Source of the DNA: an uncultured Verrucomicrobiae bacterium
GTDB taxonomy: Bacteria > Verrucomicrobiota > Verrucomicrobiia > Opitutales > JABDGR01
Assembly (NCBI GenBank): GCA_963765205.1
Contig: CAVXVB010000009.1
Coordinates: forward strand, 704,001-768,000
Length of the DNA stretch: 64,000 bases
Direction: 5' to 3'
Shown: positions 31,356-41,693 of the stretch, piece after piece
How positions within the stretch are numbered: the stretch's first letter is position 1
Layout of the letters: each line of letters starts with the position of its first letter
Notes under the pieces: generated by a model
Seen by the model: the letters and a program-made list of their open reading frames with translations, nothing else
Database searches by the model: none
Told to the model about the DNA's origin: nothing
Program-made: the position numbers and the translations under genes

Positions 31356-32719
31356 GGGGGCAGTGGTTCGGGCGCAGGCGTTTTCCACTCCGGGCGGGGC
31401 CGGTAGCGATAACGGGCCCGGCGGGTCTCGGCTTTCGCACCCGTCAAGCGCATCCGGCCCGCGGCAAAGGCCAGGCCGGCAGTAAAGATGGCAAAGCCGA
31501 GCGTCGTGGCCTGGCCCCATTGCGCGTTGAGGACGAGGAAAAACGCGGCCACGGAAAATAATACGGGCCAGACATTTCCCTGGCGCAACGCGCGGTAGGA
31601 CCGGCCGGCCAGGCGCGCGCACACCCCCACCCGCAGGAAAATAAAGGCCAGGCCCAGCACCGGGCCCATTTCCAGGATTAATTGCGGCCACGTCGCCTCT
31701 CCAAGTGAGAATTGGCGCTGGCCGGAGAGGAACCCCTGCGCCATCAACGTGCCGCGGCCCACGCCCTGGCCCAGCAGCGGCGTGTCAAACAGCAGGTCAA
31801 ACCCCGGCAGCAAATCCCGGAAATATCTGGCCACGATATTGCTCTGAAAGCCCGCGACGTTGGCACCCGTGGCATCCGTCCACCGCGCGTCAAAGGCCTG
31901 GACGCCTTCTTCAAAATGCGGCATTCGCGAGGCAATGATCGTCACCACCCCGAGCAACAGCACGGTGCGCCCCAATACGCGGGGCGTGTTGGGCAACAAA
32001 AACGCCGCGCCGCCCGCCGCCAGCAAGAGCAACCCACACGTCACCGCATTCGTGCGGCTGATGGAAATCGGCACCGCCAGGGCGATGCCCACCGCCGCCG
32101 CCACCGTCAAATACAAGGGCGCCTTGGATCGAGTCATGACGAGGCCCAGCAGCGCGGCCAGCGCGACGGGGTAAAACTCCGCCACGCCGGTTGAGAACGA
32201 AAAGGTCCCGGACGGCCGGAATTTGCCGAGGGCGCCGGACATCCCCAACGTCTCCTGCCCGCCCACGGTATGGTTGATCCAGTGGCCTTGCGGCTTGACA
32301 AATTGCACGACGCAAATGAGGGTTTCCGGAATCACAAACCAAAGCAAAAATTTGCCCAGGCGTTCGATATCTTCGCGTTCCAGTGTTTTTTCCATCACAA
32401 ACATCAGGGGAAAATGGAGAAAGTAGCAGCGCAGGCCGATCAGCGTGACGGAGAGGTTGGCATCCGGCACCAGCAAACCACCGGCGAAACTGGCCGCCGC
32501 CAGCAGAAAGCACGCCACGACATAACCGTTGACGATGAACCGCCCGCACGACGCGGCCACGAAATAAATGAGGATCACCAAGGGGTCGCGAATGATTAGC
32601 AGCGGCGTGGACAGCCCCGGCAAAACCCATTTCCGCAGCGCGCCCTCCGTCAGCAGCAGCACCAGGTAGAGCCAGATCAGCCGCTTCAAAAATTTGACCT
32701 CTTTGGATGACGCCGCCAT
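31352..32719 (-). CDS. Wzy/O-antigen ligase-like polytopic membrane protein
   Basis: EGALRKW, RPSGTFSF, ISRT, G.G.G, many TM segments; cluster context. Confidence 0.65.
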   Translation of the reverse strand: MAASSKEVKFLKRLIWLYLVLLLTEGALRKWVLPGLSTPLLIIRDPLVILIYFVAASCGRFIVNGYVVACFLLAAASFAGGLLVPDANLSVTLIGLRCYFLHFPLMFVMEKTLEREDIERLGKFLLWFVIPETLICVVQFVKPQGHWINHTVGGQETLGMSGALGKFRPSGTFSFSTGVAEFYPVALAALLGLVMTRSKAPLYLTVAAAVGIALAVPISISRTNAVTCGLLLLAAGGAAFLLPNTPRVLGRTVLLLGVVTIIASRMPHFEEGVQAFDARWTDATGANVAGFQSNIVARYFRDLLPGFDLLFDTPLLGQGVGRGTLMAQGFLSGQRQFSLGEATWPQLILEMGPVLGLAFIFLRVGVCARLAGRSYRALRQGNVWPVLFSVAAFFLVLNAQWGQATTLGFAIFTAGLAFAAGRMRLTGAKAETRRARYRYRPRPEWKTPAPEPLPP

Positions 32720-32846
32720 GCAGAAGGTGGAGATTAAATGTTCGGGCGAGGGGCCGCCGGCTGGCCAAATATTTTTTCCTCTATTTGACTCTAAAGCGGC
32801 CCGCGCGCTGCGGCCAGTCATAATTTTCCCGGTGGGTCGGCGGCCC

Positions 32847-33902
32847 TCAAGACGTGCCGCTGCGGCGCCGCGTTCCACCCACCCGCGAATTAACATACCT
32901 TTGCAACACCGTTTCGCTCCAAGCGGACACCAGAAGGACGATCAACACATACCCGGCGATTTGCAGGCCGCGCCCGGGCAGAAACGCCAGGTAGTTCGCG
33001 GACACCGCCAGCGGATAGTGGAACGCATACAGGGCGTAGGAAATCGGCGCCGCCCAGGCGAAACACGCCGGAATGAATCTGAAACCCCTGAATTTTGCCG
33101 CCGACCACGCCAGTCCCACGACCAGAAAAATCCAACTGCTGGCAAATTGTCGCAGCACCGGATGACCGAGCAGGGCCAGGGCCTCGCCCCGCCCCCACCG
33201 CGCAGCACCCAGCCCCACGCAGAACCCTCCCAACGCCGCCACCGTCCGCCACTGGTTGACCAATCCCGGCCGCTGACCTTCGCCATACGTCCGCGCCATT
33301 TCCACCCCACACCACCAGATGATGAAATAAAGCAGAAACAGCGCCGCCTGGTTGGGCCAGAGGCAATAAAGCACGCCGCCGGCCGCCGACAACCCCGCCG
33401 CGACCGCCCATTGCGCGCCCGGCTTCACCCGGCGGTAAATCGGCCAAAACATCAGGTAGAACCACCACTCATAAGATAGCGACCACAGCGAGATATTGCC
33501 CCCATACGCGTCCACCCGCACGCCCGGCTTGAACCCATACGTGTCCTGGAGCATGAATATATTTCCCAGGAGGCCGGGCAGGTTCAAATTGAGCCAGCGG
33601 CCCGCACTCAGGCAATTGGCGGCATAGGTTGCCAGCAGCGCCAACAGATAGATCGGGTAGATTCTCTTTGCGCGGCGCTGGAAATAACCCTTGAACGTCG
33701 GGTCGGCATGCCGCGACTGTGAATAAAAAATTACAAATCCTGAGAGCAGAAAAAACAACATCACCACCTCGAAGCCCTGGTCAAACACCAGCCGCCAGGG
33801 CGAGGCGGGCGCCAGCAGGCGCCCCGTCAGGAGATGATCCGCAAACACATACAGCGCGGCAAACCCCCGCAGCCCTTCCAATTTGGCCAATTTATTTTTC
33901 AT
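32847..33902 (-). CDS. acyltransferase-3 (OafA-like)
   Basis: LEGLRGFAA, FFLLSGF, RRAKRIYP, WSLSYEWWFY. Confidence 0.9.
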   Translation of the reverse strand: MKNKLAKLEGLRGFAALYVFADHLLTGRLLAPASPWRLVFDQGFEVVMLFFLLSGFVIFYSQSRHADPTFKGYFQRRAKRIYPIYLLALLATYAANCLSAGRWLNLNLPGLLGNIFMLQDTYGFKPGVRVDAYGGNISLWSLSYEWWFYLMFWPIYRRVKPGAQWAVAAGLSAAGGVLYCLWPNQAALFLLYFIIWWCGVEMARTYGEGQRPGLVNQWRTVAALGGFCVGLGAARWGRGEALALLGHPVLRQFASSWIFLVVGLAWSAAKFRGFRFIPACFAWAAPISYALYAFHYPLAVSANYLAFLPGRGLQIAGYVLIVLLVSAWSETVLQRYVNSRVGGTRRRSGTS

Positions 33903-33924
33903 GCAACAATGGGCGGTCGTTCGG

Positions 33925-35190
33925 CTAATCCTCGGTTCCCTTCAGCGCCGCCAGCAAACTCCGCCGGTAGGCCGCCCAGGAAATTTCTGCGGCCCGGGCG
34001 CGGCAGGCGGCCCGCATGGCCGGCCACGCCGCGCGGTGGTCCCGCAGCCAGGCAATTTTTTCCGCCAGCGCCGCCGGGTCGCGGATGGGCACGAGAAACC
34101 CCGTTGCGCCCGGCGTAATCAAGTCCTCGCCCCCGGCGTTGCGCGTCACCAGCAGCGGCAACCCCCGGCTCAGCGCTTCGAGTTGGACAATCGCGCGCCC
34201 TTCGACCAGCGACGGCAGCACCAACGCGTCGCACGTCTCCATCAGCGCCAGCACCGCCTCGTTCGCGCGCGGGGCCTCAGCGGTGAAGGGCACCTGTTGG
34301 GCGCGGTAAAATTCCATCGGCGCGCAAGGCTGGCCCAGCAAGACCAATTCCACCGCGCGCGGGTCGTTGAGCAACCGCAGCGCCGCAAACACATCCGCCA
34401 ATCCCTTGCGCTGGCTCCACGCCCCCGCAAACAGCAACCGCAACGGACGTTGCGGGTCCGCCTCCCGGGGATCCCTTGCCGGGGCCACCGGCGGCGGCGC
34501 GCCATACGGCACCAGGTGGCACGGTTTGGCCGCGCGGATCTCTCCCGGCAGCGAATCCAACACGAATTGGCTCGGACACAGCACCACGCCGGCCAGAGCC
34601 AGCTCGCGCTCCTTGCGCGCCATTTTCTCGGGTGAATCGCGGTCGCCTTGCAGGGTCGGCGCCCACTCGGGCAGGCGCTCCGCCTCTTCCTGAAAAATCT
34701 TCCGTGCGAAAGGCCCGTAGGCAATGGGCAGGTGGTAGACGCCCGTCCACCCGGACGCTTGCGCGGCGGCCAGGGTGTGCTCCGCCCCATCCTCATACGT
34801 CAGCACCGCGCCCGGCGCGCCGCGCTGGCGCAAAATTTTCCGCGCCCCCGCGCGATCCAGCGCCTGAAACACCGCATCCACGCTGGCCCAGCCGGTTTCA
34901 TGTTTCGTCAACCCGGTCCAGCCCGCGCGCGCCGCGAGCAGGCGCACCAGGTCGCGCCCCGGCCAAGCCCGGATTAGATTTTTCGGCAAGGCGTAACTCC
35001 GCCGCCGCAGTTCGGCGCGCAGCCCCACCGGGCTGGGCCACTTCGCCCAAATGCTATCCCGGCTGAAACCCACGCCCGTCAAATACCGCGTCAACAGGCC
35101 CGCCTCGTGCAGCGCCTGCAAATCCTGGCGCACATACGTGTTGCCTGTGGGGTGAACCACGAGGAACGGCGCGTTGGCAGATGCGTTCAT
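33925..35190 (-). CDS. GT4 glycosyltransferase
   Basis: QRKG, LPSLVEG.AIVQLEALS.G. Confidence 0.88.
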   Translation of the reverse strand: MNASANAPFLVVHPTGNTYVRQDLQALHEAGLLTRYLTGVGFSRDSIWAKWPSPVGLRAELRRRSYALPKNLIRAWPGRDLVRLLAARAGWTGLTKHETGWASVDAVFQALDRAGARKILRQRGAPGAVLTYEDGAEHTLAAAQASGWTGVYHLPIAYGPFARKIFQEEAERLPEWAPTLQGDRDSPEKMARKERELALAGVVLCPSQFVLDSLPGEIRAAKPCHLVPYGAPPPVAPARDPREADPQRPLRLLFAGAWSQRKGLADVFAALRLLNDPRAVELVLLGQPCAPMEFYRAQQVPFTAEAPRANEAVLALMETCDALVLPSLVEGRAIVQLEALSRGLPLLVTRNAGGEDLITPGATGFLVPIRDPAALAEKIAWLRDHRAAWPAMRAACRARAAEISWAAYRRSLLAALKGTED

Positions 35191-36257
35191 GTATCTTGTT
35201 TTCTACTCATCAATTGACGGTAGAGCGCGTGGTAATCGCTCAACGGCCGCAGAAATTCCCGCAATTGCGCCTGGCCGGCCAGCGCGCGGCGGCGGTATTC
35301 CTCCTCGGGCATCGCGGCGGCTTCTTCGAGGCGCGCGCGCAAACCGGCCACGTCGCCCGGCGCGGCCACCAGCGCCTCCGGCCCCGCCGCTTCGGGTAGT
35401 CCTCCGTCGCGCGTGATGATGGACGGCACGGCCAGATGACGCGCCTCGATCGGTGTCAGCCCCAAATCCTCGCGCGTGTGCGGCGGCGCCACATTCCATT
35501 TCGCACGGCTCATTTGCAAAAATTTTTCCTCATCACTGATGAAGCCGGGCAACCGCACGGTTGCCAATTTGCGACGTTTCAAAAACTCTTCCACCCGCGG
35601 GCGCAGCGGCCCATCACCCGCCAGCGTCAGCGGCCAGCGTGCGCGGTCGAGGTTCGCCGTCGCATAGGCTTCGAGCAATTCCTCGAGGCCTTTGTTGGCT
35701 ATCCAGCGGCCAATGAAAAAAAATCCCGCCCGGTCCCAATGCACCGGCGGCGCGGGCGGCAGGCTGGAGACCGCCGGCATGACCTGGCTGTGCCGCCGCA
35801 GCCCCGCCGGCTCCCAGGTGCGGCGCACAAAATCCGAGATGTAGCACCGCTCGTCCGACATGCGCACGGCGAGGCTCCACAGCCGCGTGTGCAGCGAACG
35901 CGCCTCGCTCTGGTGGTTGATGATCGTCATCACCAGGGGCCGCCCCAACCAACGCGCCCCCAGCGCAATGTCCGGCGACGGGTTTTGCGTGTGAATTATG
36001 TCCGCCCAGCGAAGATTTTTATACAAGGCCACGCTGGCGCGCGGCACGACCCGATAATCCACGCCGGCCTTTTCGCACCGACCGCGCAGTTCCCCGCTGA
36101 ACGTCGCGCCGCGCACCAGCTTGAAGCACAGCCGCGGCGCAAAATCCGCCGCCGCCCGCAGACTTTCGCCCAGGGCGAGCACAAAGGCTTCGAGGCCGCC
36201 GAAGCGTCCCTGCGAAGGCGCGACTATCAACACGCGCAACGGGGCGGGTTTGCTCAT
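35187..36257 (-). CDS. GT4 glycosyltransferase
   Basis: GGLE, GR....KG, EDLGLTPIEA. Confidence 0.88.
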   Translation of the reverse strand: MSKPAPLRVLIVAPSQGRFGGLEAFVLALGESLRAAADFAPRLCFKLVRGATFSGELRGRCEKAGVDYRVVPRASVALYKNLRWADIIHTQNPSPDIALGARWLGRPLVMTIINHQSEARSLHTRLWSLAVRMSDERCYISDFVRRTWEPAGLRRHSQVMPAVSSLPPAPPVHWDRAGFFFIGRWIANKGLEELLEAYATANLDRARWPLTLAGDGPLRPRVEEFLKRRKLATVRLPGFISDEEKFLQMSRAKWNVAPPHTREDLGLTPIEARHLAVPSIITRDGGLPEAAGPEALVAAPGDVAGLRARLEEAAAMPEEEYRRRALAGQAQLREFLRPLSDYHALYRQLMSRKQDT

Positions 36258-37414
36258 CAGCGAGTGGCGGGCGCATTTTCCAGCGCCGATAGAAAGGTGC
36301 GGGCCATGACCGCCGGATCAAGAAACGACGGGCAGGGCACCCGGTCTGGGGTGATTGGCCAAGGCAGCGGCGCATCCGCGTCGGCGAGCAGCAAACCCGG
36401 ATCGGGCCAAGGGGGCAACCGGGTGGCGTCGGTGGCGCCTGCGCGGGTCACCAGCACCGGCACGCCCAACGCGCGCCATGCCGCCACCGCGCTGCTTTTT
36501 TCGATGATGTCCAAGGGCGTGCTGGTGAACGCCACATCACAGGACTGCAATGCCACGGGGACCTCGTCTTCCGCCAGTTCGCCCAGGACATGAAAATCCG
36601 CGTTGGGCACGGTCCGGGCGGCGTCGACGAACGCGGCTGGCGCCGCCGCCGCCCTACCCAGCGCCAAAAAGCAAATCCGCCGGCCCGCCAAATTCGGATT
36701 GGCCGCAACTTTGGCGGCAAAGGCGGTAAAATCCCAAGCTTGGGTGTGAAACGAACCAAAATGCCCCAGCCACAGCGCCGCCGCATCAATGCTTTGCCCT
36801 TTCCGCCGCAAGATTTTGGCCACCGCCGCGCGCGCGTTCGAATGCGAGAATTCCGTGGAAGGGAAATTCGTGCAGATGGGAAGCAATTTGGCGGTGACAC
36901 CGCGCGCCTGCAGCCGTTTTTGGTACAGGCGCGCCTGCGTATGCACCACCGCCGGTTGCCAGCCCCATCCGGTCCAGGCGTCCACGCTCCGGCGTTGGGC
37001 CCAGCCGAGCGCGCGGTGCCGCCAGGGGCCATCGCGGCCCGGTTGCAGCCAGATTTCATGCAGCATGAGGTGCCGCCGGGTTTTCGCCGGCAGCAGCTCG
37101 CGCAACCACGCCGCGCGCCGCCCGCCCAGACCCCGCGGATGAAACCCATAGGGCGTGAATTGCACGCTGGCCCAATCCGGTTGAAATTCCCGCAGCCAGG
37201 CTCCCAACGCGCGCGCTTCGCCGGGCCGCCGGAAGATGTCATGCAACCGCCATTCCCCGACCCGCGCCGACCCTGCGCCGCACGCGGCGTCCCGCACCGA
37301 GACCAGCCGTGTCTCATGGCCAGCAGCAGCGCATTTCTGCGCCAATAAACGGGCATAATCCCCCACGCCGTCGCGGCCGGGTTCGAGGCCCGAACATAAA
37401 AACAACAAACGCAT
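36257..37414 (-). CDS. divergent GT4-like glycosyltransferase
   Basis: DGVGDY, QFTPYGF, HEIW, KSS.VAA....GVPV. Confidence 0.7.
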   Translation of the reverse strand: MRLLFLCSGLEPGRDGVGDYARLLAQKCAAAGHETRLVSVRDAACGAGSARVGEWRLHDIFRRPGEARALGAWLREFQPDWASVQFTPYGFHPRGLGGRRAAWLRELLPAKTRRHLMLHEIWLQPGRDGPWRHRALGWAQRRSVDAWTGWGWQPAVVHTQARLYQKRLQARGVTAKLLPICTNFPSTEFSHSNARAAVAKILRRKGQSIDAAALWLGHFGSFHTQAWDFTAFAAKVAANPNLAGRRICFLALGRAAAAPAAFVDAARTVPNADFHVLGELAEDEVPVALQSCDVAFTSTPLDIIEKSSAVAAWRALGVPVLVTRAGATDATRLPPWPDPGLLLADADAPLPWPITPDRVPCPSFLDPAVMARTFLSALENAPATR

Positions 37415-37442
37415 AAGGGAATGGTGTGCGCCTCGGCCCACT

Positions 37443-38459
37443 TTACCAGCCGAGATTGCGGCGAATTCGGTGAATGATTCTTTGATGCAGACTCCACCCG
37501 TGGCGGCGGAAAAATGCCGGACTGCGCCAGAGATGGGAAAAATTCGGTGGCGACAAGAAGCGGCGGCGTTGGCTCAAATCGTGGATGGCCGCCAACTGAC
37601 GGCCCAGAACAACCTCCGGACTGAACCAAGACGCCCACGCAGCGCGAGCTTTGCGGCCCATGATAGGAGCGCTCCCAACCAATTCTTGCAGCAGCGAGGG
37701 GATGCGCTCCAGCGTATCTTCGGCCAAGCGGATCGAAAACGAGTCCCAATCGGGCCCCGCCGGGGGCACCCAGTCGTCCGCCAAAATGACCGGCACGCGG
37801 CCCAGGCGCATGACTTCATAGAGGCGATGACTGCTGGTCGCCAGGCCGCGGGGGCACAGGGCGAATGCGCTATCCACAATTTCCTGCAAATAGGAACGTT
37901 GTTCAGCCTCATCATGGTTAAACCAGCGGTCCACCCATGTTACCGGATATTTCCGGTCCGACACGTCGCCCAGGGCCAAGAGGCGGTGGCGCAGCGGGTG
38001 GCTCATCGCGCCGCGGAAGCAAAAAAGATGCGCCGGATTCCAGGGGCGGTTCTCATATTCGGTGATGAAGGGATTGGGATTGCCCAGATAGTAGGCGCCC
38101 GCCCGCGACCAGTCTGCCTGGTGTTGGGCGCGTGGCAACGAGGTGTAAACCCCGGGGAAAAAATCCACGGGATTCGCCCGATAATTGAGGGTATAACATT
38201 TTTCCGGGTAAGCCCGCACCAATTCCATGTCAAGCAAGGCGGGGATGTGCCGCCAGTTCTTGAAATTATTGGATTCAAGGAAAACGATGAAGTCGGTGTG
38301 GGCCGCATCTGCGGCCAAGGTGAATTCCCCTCCAGCCGCGCGGATGATATTCTCCTGCCGACGCAGATTATCCACCCCCTCCCAAACCTGCTGCGTCTCA
38401 TTCAACAAGGCTAGATAGACGACCGGTCGGGTCTTTGCGCGCTCTGGCACACTTGACAT
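37443..38459 (-). CDS. exostosin-family (GT47-like) protein
   Basis: LFCFRG, SAFALCPRG..TSSHRLYE.M.LGRVPVILADDW. Confidence 0.82.
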   Translation of the reverse strand: MSSVPERAKTRPVVYLALLNETQQVWEGVDNLRRQENIIRAAGGEFTLAADAAHTDFIVFLESNNFKNWRHIPALLDMELVRAYPEKCYTLNYRANPVDFFPGVYTSLPRAQHQADWSRAGAYYLGNPNPFITEYENRPWNPAHLFCFRGAMSHPLRHRLLALGDVSDRKYPVTWVDRWFNHDEAEQRSYLQEIVDSAFALCPRGLATSSHRLYEVMRLGRVPVILADDWVPPAGPDWDSFSIRLAEDTLERIPSLLQELVGSAPIMGRKARAAWASWFSPEVVLGRQLAAIHDLSQRRRFLSPPNFSHLWRSPAFFRRHGWSLHQRIIHRIRRNLGW

Positions 38460-38525
38460 ATTGACGTAGAATGAAGAACAGGCCTTTCAAAAGCCCCGAA
38501 CAGAAGAAAATTGAATTATGCCCAT

Positions 38526-39785
38526 TTAGCCCGCAGTGGCAACGCCCAGCAGTTCATCCATTTTTTGGAGATTGAGGGTGATGGGGGCGTGGCGGTCGGC
38601 AAGATACTTCTCCGGTGAAACAGGGATGGCGCCTTCGCCGAAGGCGGCGTAATAAGACAGGCCGTGGTGGCTGCAAAGCTCCCAGAAAAAGGGGGGAAAA
38701 TAGGAAGGGGAGAAAATTTCCACCACCTTGGCTCCCGGCGGGGCGAAAACGAGATTGGCCAAGCCAGCTCCGTGCGGGGCCACGATGAGTTCGGCGTGGG
38801 CAAAGAGGCTGAGTTGCTCGCTCCAAGCCAGGGCGGCGGGATCCACAATGGTCACCCGGTGGCGGTCCAACAGCGGGCACAATTCGGCAAAATTCGTAAT
38901 CTGCCCGCCGCGCACATTTTGCCGCGAAACAAAGATACGCCGCGGGTGATCGGCGTTTCGTTTGGCATGGGGCAGGTATTCCCGACGCAGCGAGGCCAAG
39001 GCCCAGGGTTGGTTGTGAAACACGGTTTGCGTAAAGGACGGGCAGGCCAGCAGGCCCGCCCTTAGATGCAGGCCTTCCCTGGTCGCTCGGATTTGCTCCG
39101 GACGCAGCCCGGCCAGGGCCAGCGAGGCGGTTTGGTAGGCATGGCCCGCCAAGTCGAAAAGGAAGGTGTCATATTGAGCGTAGTCAGGCGTGTGATGCTT
39201 GAGCAGCAGCAATCGGGGCAGACAGTCCAACAACCAATGGGCATAACTATGGCGGGTATACGGCGTGGCGACCACGGCGACGCGGCCCGCCCGATTTTCG
39301 AGCGGAGGCCAGCGCAGATGATGCATAAGGCTATGCGGCGCGGCCAGCCCTCCCTCGTCTTGGGAAAGGTCGCCGAGCAGCGTGCCGCTTTGCGAAATCA
39401 CCCCAAATCCCCGCCAGACGGCGAAGCGGGCCTTGGGCAACTCGGCAATAAATGCGCCGGGCACGCGGTGCGCGGGCTTGGCGAAGGCCCAGCAATCCGC
39501 AGCCGCCCCGCCGAGCGGGGGATGCAAATCGAGAACCATTTCAGGATAAATCTGCCGCAGACGGCCGTCGGCGGGATGGTTGGCCAGCCATACGGCCGTG
39601 CCGGCCGCCATGGTCCTCGGCAAATACGGGAACCCATGACGCAGGACCGGCCAGCCGGCCACGGCCGAAAGCGCCGGACGGATCGAGCGCGACCATTGCT
39701 GGACCAGGCGATGACCGGCTTGGGCGGAGGCTGAAGTCATGGTGAAATCTTTAACGGTTGGCCACTTTTTACGAGCGATACGCAT
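38526..39785 (-). CDS. GT61 (DUF563) glycosyltransferase
   Basis: YAHWLLDCLPRL, RRIFVSR, EQLSLF..A..IVAPHGAGLAN. Confidence 0.85.
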   Translation of the reverse strand: MRIARKKWPTVKDFTMTSASAQAGHRLVQQWSRSIRPALSAVAGWPVLRHGFPYLPRTMAAGTAVWLANHPADGRLRQIYPEMVLDLHPPLGGAAADCWAFAKPAHRVPGAFIAELPKARFAVWRGFGVISQSGTLLGDLSQDEGGLAAPHSLMHHLRWPPLENRAGRVAVVATPYTRHSYAHWLLDCLPRLLLLKHHTPDYAQYDTFLFDLAGHAYQTASLALAGLRPEQIRATREGLHLRAGLLACPSFTQTVFHNQPWALASLRREYLPHAKRNADHPRRIFVSRQNVRGGQITNFAELCPLLDRHRVTIVDPAALAWSEQLSLFAHAELIVAPHGAGLANLVFAPPGAKVVEIFSPSYFPPFFWELCSHHGLSYYAAFGEGAIPVSPEKYLADRHAPITLNLQKMDELLGVATAG

Positions 39786-40680
39786 CGTCGGTCGCGGCCA
39801 GGCGCATCAATTTCCGGCGGTGGAGCACATTTTGCGAGTAGCGCAGAAATGTCAGGCGCGGCGCGCGTTCCGGCCGCAATTCCACCGGCGGCGCGCCGGG
39901 CGCGGGCACCCCGGCCGGCAGATGGTCCGCTTGCGCCCGCATGCGCTTTTTATAAACATCCGGGTAGTGGACGATGACCGCGCGCGCGTCCACCGTGTAG
40001 CCGGGGCACGCCTGCACCAGTTGGCGCGGGTCCACATAATAGACATCTTGGCCCCGGCTCATCGCGGCCCAGGCGAGCTGCTCGATCACGGTCCAATACC
40101 GCCAGAAATCCGGCTCGCTATAAACCCACTCGAGATAATCCAGGTCGTAGCGCGCGGGCGGGTAATTATAAAAGCCGAGATTGGCCGCAAACGGCAGCGG
40201 CAGGCGCGTGCGCCAGCGCAGCCATTCGCGCCAGCCGATTGAATACGACATCTGGCTGTCGCGCGCGAACAGCGCGGCCTCCGGCGGCAGCGCCCGCAGC
40301 GCCCGCCACGAAAACCGCTGGAAATACAACACATCGGAATCAATGTAGAAAAACCGCCCCGCTTCCGCATACAGGTGCAGCGGAATGTCAAAAATCTTCA
40401 GCCCCATCGGCGTCAGCGCGCGGAAATTGCGCAGGTTGGGCTGGCGTGCCAGCCCAACCAGCGTCACCGGGTTGTAATCGCGGAAAAACCAGATCCGCAC
40501 GCCGGGCAGCGCCGCGCGCAACGCCTCCGCCGTCGCCGGCGTCAGCGAACCATCCTCGAACAAATGCAATTGCACCGGCTCGGCGCTATAACGCAGCAGC
40601 CCGCCAAAGGATTGCAGGCACAAGTCGCGGTGCGCCTCGCAGATCAGGCTGGCGACGATGACGGGTGGTTCGGTGGACAT
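39769..40680 (-). CDS. GT-A-fold (GT8-like) nucleotide-sugar transferase
   Basis: EDGSL, LKIFD, YIDSDVLYF, N.G, EQ..WA, HY. Confidence 0.65.
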   Translation of the reverse strand: MSTEPPVIVASLICEAHRDLCLQSFGGLLRYSAEPVQLHLFEDGSLTPATAEALRAALPGVRIWFFRDYNPVTLVGLARQPNLRNFRALTPMGLKIFDIPLHLYAEAGRFFYIDSDVLYFQRFSWRALRALPPEAALFARDSQMSYSIGWREWLRWRTRLPLPFAANLGFYNYPPARYDLDYLEWVYSEPDFWRYWTVIEQLAWAAMSRGQDVYYVDPRQLVQACPGYTVDARAVIVHYPDVYKKRMRAQADHLPAGVPAPGAPPVELRPERAPRLTFLRYSQNVLHRRKLMRLAATDDAYRS

Positions 40681-40722
40681 AAAATTCAAGCTACGGTTTT
40701 GGCATGTTCACTGTGGCTCAAT

Positions 40723-41481
40723 TTAAAAAGCATGGTGGTCCCGCCAATCGCGCTGATCATCGCCGATCTTTTCCAAAATGACCAGATTAGCAGCGTTGAA
40801 TTCATGCCAGGGCCGGGCCACTTCCGGCGCGAGCCAGCGGGACGCGGCCGGCAGGCGCCGCGCAACGGCGGCAAGGCCGGACAGGAATTGTTGCCTGGGC
40901 GACCAAGGTGAGCCCAACGGACTGGCCGGATGGATGCGATAGGCGCGGTTGGCGAGAATATAGCGAACCACTTTCCGCAGCGAAGGCATCCACAGATCAT
41001 GAAAGGCCACGGTGCCACCGACCACAAGCCGCTTATCCACCAAAACAAAGTCGAGGATGCTCAGGTCAAACAGATGCGATGCGTCAATAAAAGCGAATTG
41101 CAGCGGCGGAAATTGAGAAAACACTTCCTCGGGGTATTTTTTATAAAACTCCAGATATTTATTGAGGCGCGCGCGGTGCACGTGGACGAGTCCCAGATCG
41201 CCGACAAAACTTGACTGATGCGGATCGCAGACATAATGCCGGCCGCGGCCATTGGCCGCAAGCGCACCGAGGATGGCCAGCCCGGAAACACCCAGCGCGA
41301 AGCCGATTTCCGCAGTCGCGGCAGGTTGCGTGGCCCGCACCAAATTATACAACACGAGCGCTTCCGCCACGGAGATGCTAGAATGCAGAGTCTGCGCAAC
41401 GCCCGTCGCATCGCGATAGATATTGGTCTCCAGCATTTCCCGCAAGACGGGCGGGAGGTCATTAAGGCGGTATTGTTGCAT
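40723..41481 (-). CDS. class I SAM-dependent methyltransferase (Methyltransf_24-like)
   Basis: EIGFALGVS, FAFIDASH, GG.VAFHD. Confidence 0.85.
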   Translation of the reverse strand: MQQYRLNDLPPVLREMLETNIYRDATGVAQTLHSSISVAEALVLYNLVRATQPAATAEIGFALGVSGLAILGALAANGRGRHYVCDPHQSSFVGDLGLVHVHRARLNKYLEFYKKYPEEVFSQFPPLQFAFIDASHLFDLSILDFVLVDKRLVVGGTVAFHDLWMPSLRKVVRYILANRAYRIHPASPLGSPWSPRQQFLSGLAAVARRLPAASRWLAPEVARPWHEFNAANLVILEKIGDDQRDWRDHHAF

Positions 41482-41507
41482 CGCGTTTTCGGTTGAAGCA
41501 TCTAAAC

Positions 41508-41603
41508 TCAATGCGGCAGCAGGCCGCCAAAGGATTGCAGGCACAAGTCGCGGTGCGCCTCGCAAATCAGGCTGGCGACAATGACGGATGGTTCGGCGGC
41601 CAT
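41508..41603 (-). pseudogene. 31-aa duplicated 5' stub of the 39769..40680 gene
   Basis: MAAEPSVIVASLICEAHRDLCLQSFGGLLPH*; 41516-41603 matches 40593-40680 with 6 mismatches in 88 nt (hand count). Confidence 0.85.
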
Positions 41604-41693
41604 GAGAAAAGGATTGGCAATCAAAAGTAACGTTTCGAAGGTGACCGGAGTGGGCGGGCGTGCAAGTTATTACTCACCCAGCGGTTTCCATGC

